From Ptychomitrium polyphyllum (lineage: Eukaryota), in assembly GCA_973851085.1 (NCBI GenBank), contig OZ316775.1, positions 10,912,001 through 10,976,000 on the forward strand: a DNA stretch of 64,000 nt, written 5' to 3'. The position numbers and the translations under genes were made by a program. Below are positions 58,701-64,000 of the stretch, one piece after another (position 1 is the first letter of the stretch; each line of letters starts with the position of its first letter). The notes under the pieces are model-generated. The model did no database searches. It was not told where the DNA came from and was given only the letters and a program-made list of their open reading frames with translations.

Positions 58701-61700
58701 TAATAACAAAACGCTTAAAGTTGATTTTATGATTTAAATACTAGTACAACTACAATTCAAATACAAAGATGATTAACAATGTTTCTTTAAAACTGGATCC
58801 AACAGTCAAATATTGTACCATGATCTGCATCATCTTTTTTGAATGTGAAAGTAGTCTCTTTAACAATCACTGTTTGTGAATAATACTGCTTAGTGGCATG
58901 CACATGTATGCTTACACTTTAGCTTGACCTGTGAAACTTTGAGTTTTTTCACATCAACAAATAAGCATAAACTTTATTCCATCTAGATCAACACAAGAGA
59001 AGTACCTGCCATAACCAAATAAACAGCTCACTGTACAAGAAACTGAAACTCTGTAACACTAAAAAGGAACTTCTTTATGAAAAAAGAAAACATCTCCATA
59101 CCGCAAGTGAACTTTGTGGGGTACCAAGTCTGAAATTGCAAAGGCTTGTTTCAGGTTATCATAGATTCACCAGCTACTACTATTAAGAGTTTTATAGCAG
59201 TTCAAATTCCAGCTACTGTTTGTGGCAGAAATAACCATCACAGGGGCATATACTATGCCACAGAGAACATGCCCTTTTTAAATTGCACTGCTGGTTGTAT
59301 GCATAATGGTTATTCTTGCATGGGGATAAAACCAACAAACAATTTAAAGGAGAGAGAATTTTTCAGCTTCCTTTATTTAAAAAGATCAGAGGAGATCCTT
59401 GTATGCCTAAGGCCCTTTCAACCTGTTTTGGGTGGTTTGGGTGGGTGCCAATCTTTGACCATCCAATTTTCACCGTTCATGTACCTATCCACCCTGAAAC
59501 ATTTTTGAAGGTAGTCCATCAAGTTACTATCCAATGGTTGGATTAGGTGTTGTTAAAACATTATACTTCACTAAAATTATAACCACATTAATACTTAAAG
59601 TTTTTACCAAGCTAACATTGTATTGACTTTAGTTCAAAAGTGGTCCTGCAAAAATGAGGTCACAAACTTAAGCAACACCAAGACTTCAAAAGATCACCAC
59701 GGTACAAGTACCCATTTCAAACTCATTCCAACATATCATTTTTGTCTTATTTAATATTTTTAGTTCAATCAAATTTAAAAGGAGTTATGAAATTAAAATT
59801 CCACACTTCGAAATAAAATACTGACCATAGCATTGGTGAACCCAAATACTGATATAATTTAAAATTCAAAATCTTCAACTCTCATGTGTACATGAACTTG
59901 AAGATATTCATCCCACGAACAGCTTCTAATCATTTGTGTGTCGATTCAAGAGTGCATGATGTAAGGGGTGTAAGTGATTTGGAATTCCAGGGTGCATGAA
60001 TTAAGTTGATATTATTAGAAGTGACAAATTAAGTTTTCAAACACGACTCTGAACAGAGAAAACTTCTCACCTGATTTCTAAGCATCTAAATTATTGTGTT
60101 TAGGTGCTATCCTCTAGGATATTTTGCTTGGTGTTTAAAGCTCCAATACCACGCTCTGTACATGCTTGTTAGATAGATGAAATGCCTTGGCCTTGCTGTA
60201 CCGTGTGCATTGTCACTAATGATAATAGAAACTGTAATGCACTAAATCACCATACACTCTGAGTAGTTAAATGCAGAGCGTTCAGAATTAGTGTTGCTTA
60301 TAATAACCATTCCAAAACTGGTTATGATTTTCTAGTGGATCGAAGGTACTACACTAAATATAAACAACCGATACTACTATGGTCTTTTGTAAATATTGTG
60401 GCACATAGTAGACTGTGATTTTAGTATAGTGGTTAGTAGGTGTAATATATGACACTGACCTTTGAATGTTTTTTTTAATGTAAGTATAGCAACTACTAAT
60501 AATCATATTTATATTCTCAGCTCCAAATATACAAACTGAATGTAGGTTTCTCATCACTTACCACGTTCACACACTCTCCTACTCCCAGTGTGAATTCTGG
60601 GACTCATGGGCACCATGTGTTACGTCATTCAACCAAAGTTTAACTTGTGTGAAGGACACTAACATGGTTGAAATGATATTTATTTGAATGAAAAGTTGAT
60701 ACAAACCGTAGACATTAAGTCAATCCTGCACACTAAGTCTTCTTTCATAACATTCTTTAACATTGGAATGTTTGTCCTTCTAAAATAAAAGATATTGTTG
60801 TATAAAGAGTTAAGCATGTTTAAAGCCACATAGTGAGATAACTCAAATATAAGTCTTAAGAAAATTAAAATTTTATGAATACCAAAAAAATGATATTGGA
60901 ATAAACTTCTCTAAAGCATATTTTGTACGATTTTTGGACAATTTTTGTTTTCAAAAAATCATTATTTGCTAAGTAATGAAGGCACTTGAGAGAGTTGAAA
61001 AACTTTCATTCCAACATTGTCATTGAATTTACTTACTATCACCCATTATCACCCATTGTCATCACGATGATTCATGTATTAAAGGAAATCTTATTTTGGA
61101 AAAATTGGAACGTTCCTTCACTCTCTTCCAGAGTGTATAGTAATAATGAACTATACTCATTTTTTCCTGATCAGGAACAACTCTAAAACCTGACATTTGA
61201 GTGTGTGCTTTGATCCTGACACTCAAAAGCTGAATCTCCAAGTGTGCACTTTGGATTTTCAAATTTCCATCATCCCCTCTTCTACAGTCTGACAGTCATT
61301 AAAAGTTCTCATCAGGTCCCCATCCAAGAAGCCTGGCAAGAAATGCAACCCAACTGTAATTTGAAATGTGGAATCCATTTAAATTTTAATTTGAATGTAC
61401 AGAATGCCCCAGCTGCTAATGCTCACATGTAATTCTAATGTGAAAAGAATGAGGATTTGACATGACTACGGTTGGTGGTAAAGTACATGATTATGATACA
61501 ATGCCTGTCCATCTCAGGGGGTCATTTATACTCGTGACCCATTCAAGTGGACCAAGATTCTCCTACATTACCATGATCTTTAATGCCTTTTAACTCTTTT
61601 GTGATACAGCTCTCTAATGAAAAAAAATTAGAAATAAAAAGTGCACTCCACAGAAGCTCTTTTGTACAATATCCCACTAGTGATGGCCCCCCTTCAATTC

Positions 61701-62579
61701 CAAGTTGGTGGCCACTGTCACCCATGCTTGTCCACATCAGCTAAAGTTAATTCAAGGCAGGCGACTGCAGCTCTAAAAAATGTTCTCTTTCACAAAACTA
61801 CAAAATTGACTGCCCCATTGAATTTCCTCATTTGAATCCAAGTTTGTTGTTTATTTCGCCTGAAACCAATGAGCAGTACTCTCCAACTTCCAAGCTTGCA
61901 AGTTGCTCTGGCTTGCTCTCCTGTTGAACTTCGGGTCCTAGCTGTGAAGTAGAAGGATTTCATTTGTTTGAACGAACCAAAAAACAGACCTCTGTTCCGA
62001 AAACTAAAGAATCGACAGTTTTTTATCTCGTTAATTACGTCGACTGCCTAGTACAATCATACATAGGATAATATGGTTAAATTCCTGCCTTCATGTAACT
62101 CCAGGTTGTTACGCTGCTGCACATACTCTGAACCACCTCTTAAATTCACCCTAGGCTTGAATTAGTTAAAAGTACCGAGTGTGTTTCTTACAGCCCAGGC
62201 TGAGCAAGCTCCATGGCCTGGCACCTAAGTTAACCGTGGATCACAACTAATCGCACAGACTAGTGACACGGAACACCAGTATTAGTGAGGCTGATTGTGC
62301 TGGTGGGGTGGGTGTGCGGTTGCAAAGGCGCAACTTTTGTTGGCTGCTGCGGCTCTTCGCCATCGCCAAGCTTCCCATTCCTTCGTCCCTGCAAGCCTGC
62401 GATCCCTTTCACGTCGTGCTACAGTTGTTTTTCTCCCGCTGCTTCGCCATTTCTGGAACTCCACCCACTTGGTTAAGTCTGGGCGGCTTCCATTTATGTC
62501 ATCATTCTCACCCTTGTGCAGCGTTTGCACCTTTGGGAGGACCTGGGAGGAGTTTTTCGAGCTCTGACTTCAACGATCG

Positions 62580-62613
62580 AGAGACAGAGCTAGAGACAGA
62601 CAGACACACACAT

Positions 62614-62644
<31 letters not shown>

Positions 62645-62650
62645 CAGAGC
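62580..62650. repeat. (CA)n(GA)n microsatellite in the probable RopGAP 5' leader
   Basis: Read directly from the sequence. A probable 5'UTR intron follows at 62667-63140 (CAG|GT...TTTTACAG). Confidence 0.85.
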
Positions 62651-63544
62651 CAACCGTTGCTGTCAGGTCCGGGCTCTCCTTGTGTATTTCCGCTGTGTGA
62701 CTATGTGGTCAACGATTTTGGCCTTCAAAGGTGTCGCCTTTGGTTGCGTTTTTGTTTGGTTTGGTTTGTGTGTGCATGTATGAGGTTTGTTGTTGTGAGG
62801 GTGCATTGGATGGTGAGGTTGTCTAGCAATTTTGTGTCTGTGGGTTGGGGTTTTTGTTTGGGCACCGGGGTTTTAAGTGGTGGTACAGTAGTGGTGGTTG
62901 AAAATGGGCGGGAGTTTTTTAGGATCTGTTTGTACGACGCGCTAGGGCTTTCATTTTGGGTTTGAAGAGTGTTGACGGTGAGTGTATGGTATTTTTAGTT
63001 TTAATTGCAGCGTGGAGTGTTCGGTTACCGTCTTATGTTGTAGTTTGTGTGATGTTGGACTCTGATGGTTTGAGTTATTTGAAATTTTGGTTTACTTAAG
63101 GAGTTGATTCAAGGTTGTTTTGCTTGACTGGTTTTTACAGGGGGAGCATCATACGTTGGCTTCAAGTGAGTCCGGTATCCGGTGGGTTTCTCTTCTCGGC
63201 TGTGGCAGTGATTTGAGAGTAACTCGATACTCGTGGTGACAGTAACCAAGTGGGTTTGATATCCTGATCTTCGCCAGGTTTCGATCCTTCAGGAGAAGAA
63301 CTTATTCGTGTTCATCCTCCTTAGTTTCAACCAGAATATTCGAAAGAGACAGAGTATACCTCTTAAATGGCTGCTAAAATTTCGCTATCTTTAAAGGGAC
63401 ATTCGTGGTAGTGGGGAAGGATGAACGTGCAGAATCTCTTGGATCTCAATTTTGGTTGGAATCAAGGGTGATAAAATACCAGGGTTGCTTCTTACTCAAC
63501 CGCATGATCAGACTCTTCAAACATTTCCAGTAAAGAATAGCACC

Positions 63545-64000
63545 ATGACGGAGGTTCTTCCCTCTCAAGTACACCTGGGGAGCTACACGCCGGACCAAAG
63601 CGAGTCCGAGGATTACATGAACGCGCTGCACTACGTTTCCGACACTGATACAGATGGCTACAGTGGTAACCCTGCATCCCCTCTCGTACTGGGCGACACC
63701 ACGATCTCCATCAGAGAATTGTGCAAAGATCCAGAATCGGGCAACACTGTTGTTTCCCAGTCCAGCAGCATTAGCAGCATCACTCGTGGTCGGTGGGGCG
63801 AGATTGGGCAACGAAGCAGGAACAGCAGCCTGAACCGCAGAACTAGCAGCTTCAACCGCGGCAACAATGATGAGGAGAGGGAGAGATCTGCCCAGCTTTC
63901 GTTGGTGGCGCTCCTCCTCGCAACTGTGAGAAGATCTGTTTTGACTATGTGCCAAGATGTCGAAGAAGGCGATGAAAGTTCTCTTGAGATCGGGTGGCCC
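63545..64000 (+). CDS. Rho/ROP GTPase-activating protein (CRIB-type RopGAP), 5' part, runs off the window end
   Basis: 152 open codons, MTEVLPSQVHL...QLSLVALLLATVRRSVLTMC...SSLEIGWP. The QLSLxALL..RRS..C and EIGWP (CRIB start) segments are characteristic of plant RopGAPs. Confidence 0.88.
   Translation, partial: MTEVLPSQVHLGSYTPDQSESEDYMNALHYVSDTDTDGYSGNPASPLVLGDTTISIRELCKDPESGNTVVSQSSSISSITRGRWGEIGQRSRNSSLNRRTSSFNRGNNDEERERSAQLSLVALLLATVRRSVLTMCQDVEEGDESSLEIGWP

Noticed and set aside
49000..62000. Short ORFs in the AT-rich region as transposon genes
   Set aside because: No transposase, reverse transcriptase, integrase or helicase motif recognised. Probably heavily decayed remnants, but no specific call is supportable.
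63446..63955. 169-aa minus-strand ORF
   Set aside because: Antisense shadow of the RopGAP exon.

Overview
Eukaryotic, intron-rich land-plant genomic DNA. Gene content, codon style and intron structure suggest a moss such as Physcomitrium; this is inference, not verified. Left to right: the 5' two-thirds of the RNA polymerase III largest-subunit gene (minus strand), ending at a 15-nt microexon followed by a U12-type donor; decayed gene fragments (insulysin, RsmH/MraW, QCR7); two tail-to-tail RPL26 genes inside an apparently identical 3.0-kb inverted repeat, whose spacer holds an assembly gap with an artefactual 887-bp duplication; a gamma-carbonic-anhydrase-family gene lacking one metal-ligand His; ARP9; an unknown MGCxxS protein; NOP10; about 13 kb of AT-rich gene-poor DNA with a probable solo LTR; and the start of a CRIB-type RopGAP. 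The most striking signal is the 1.95-kb NOP10 intron. It holds four diverged ~245-nt copies of an RNA with the m1/m2 motifs and 3' hairpin of snR30/U17, the H/ACA snoRNA needed for 18S processing, plus at least three box C/D snoRNAs with recognisable rRNA guides. All protein and rRNA comparisons are from recalled reference sequences; no search was run.
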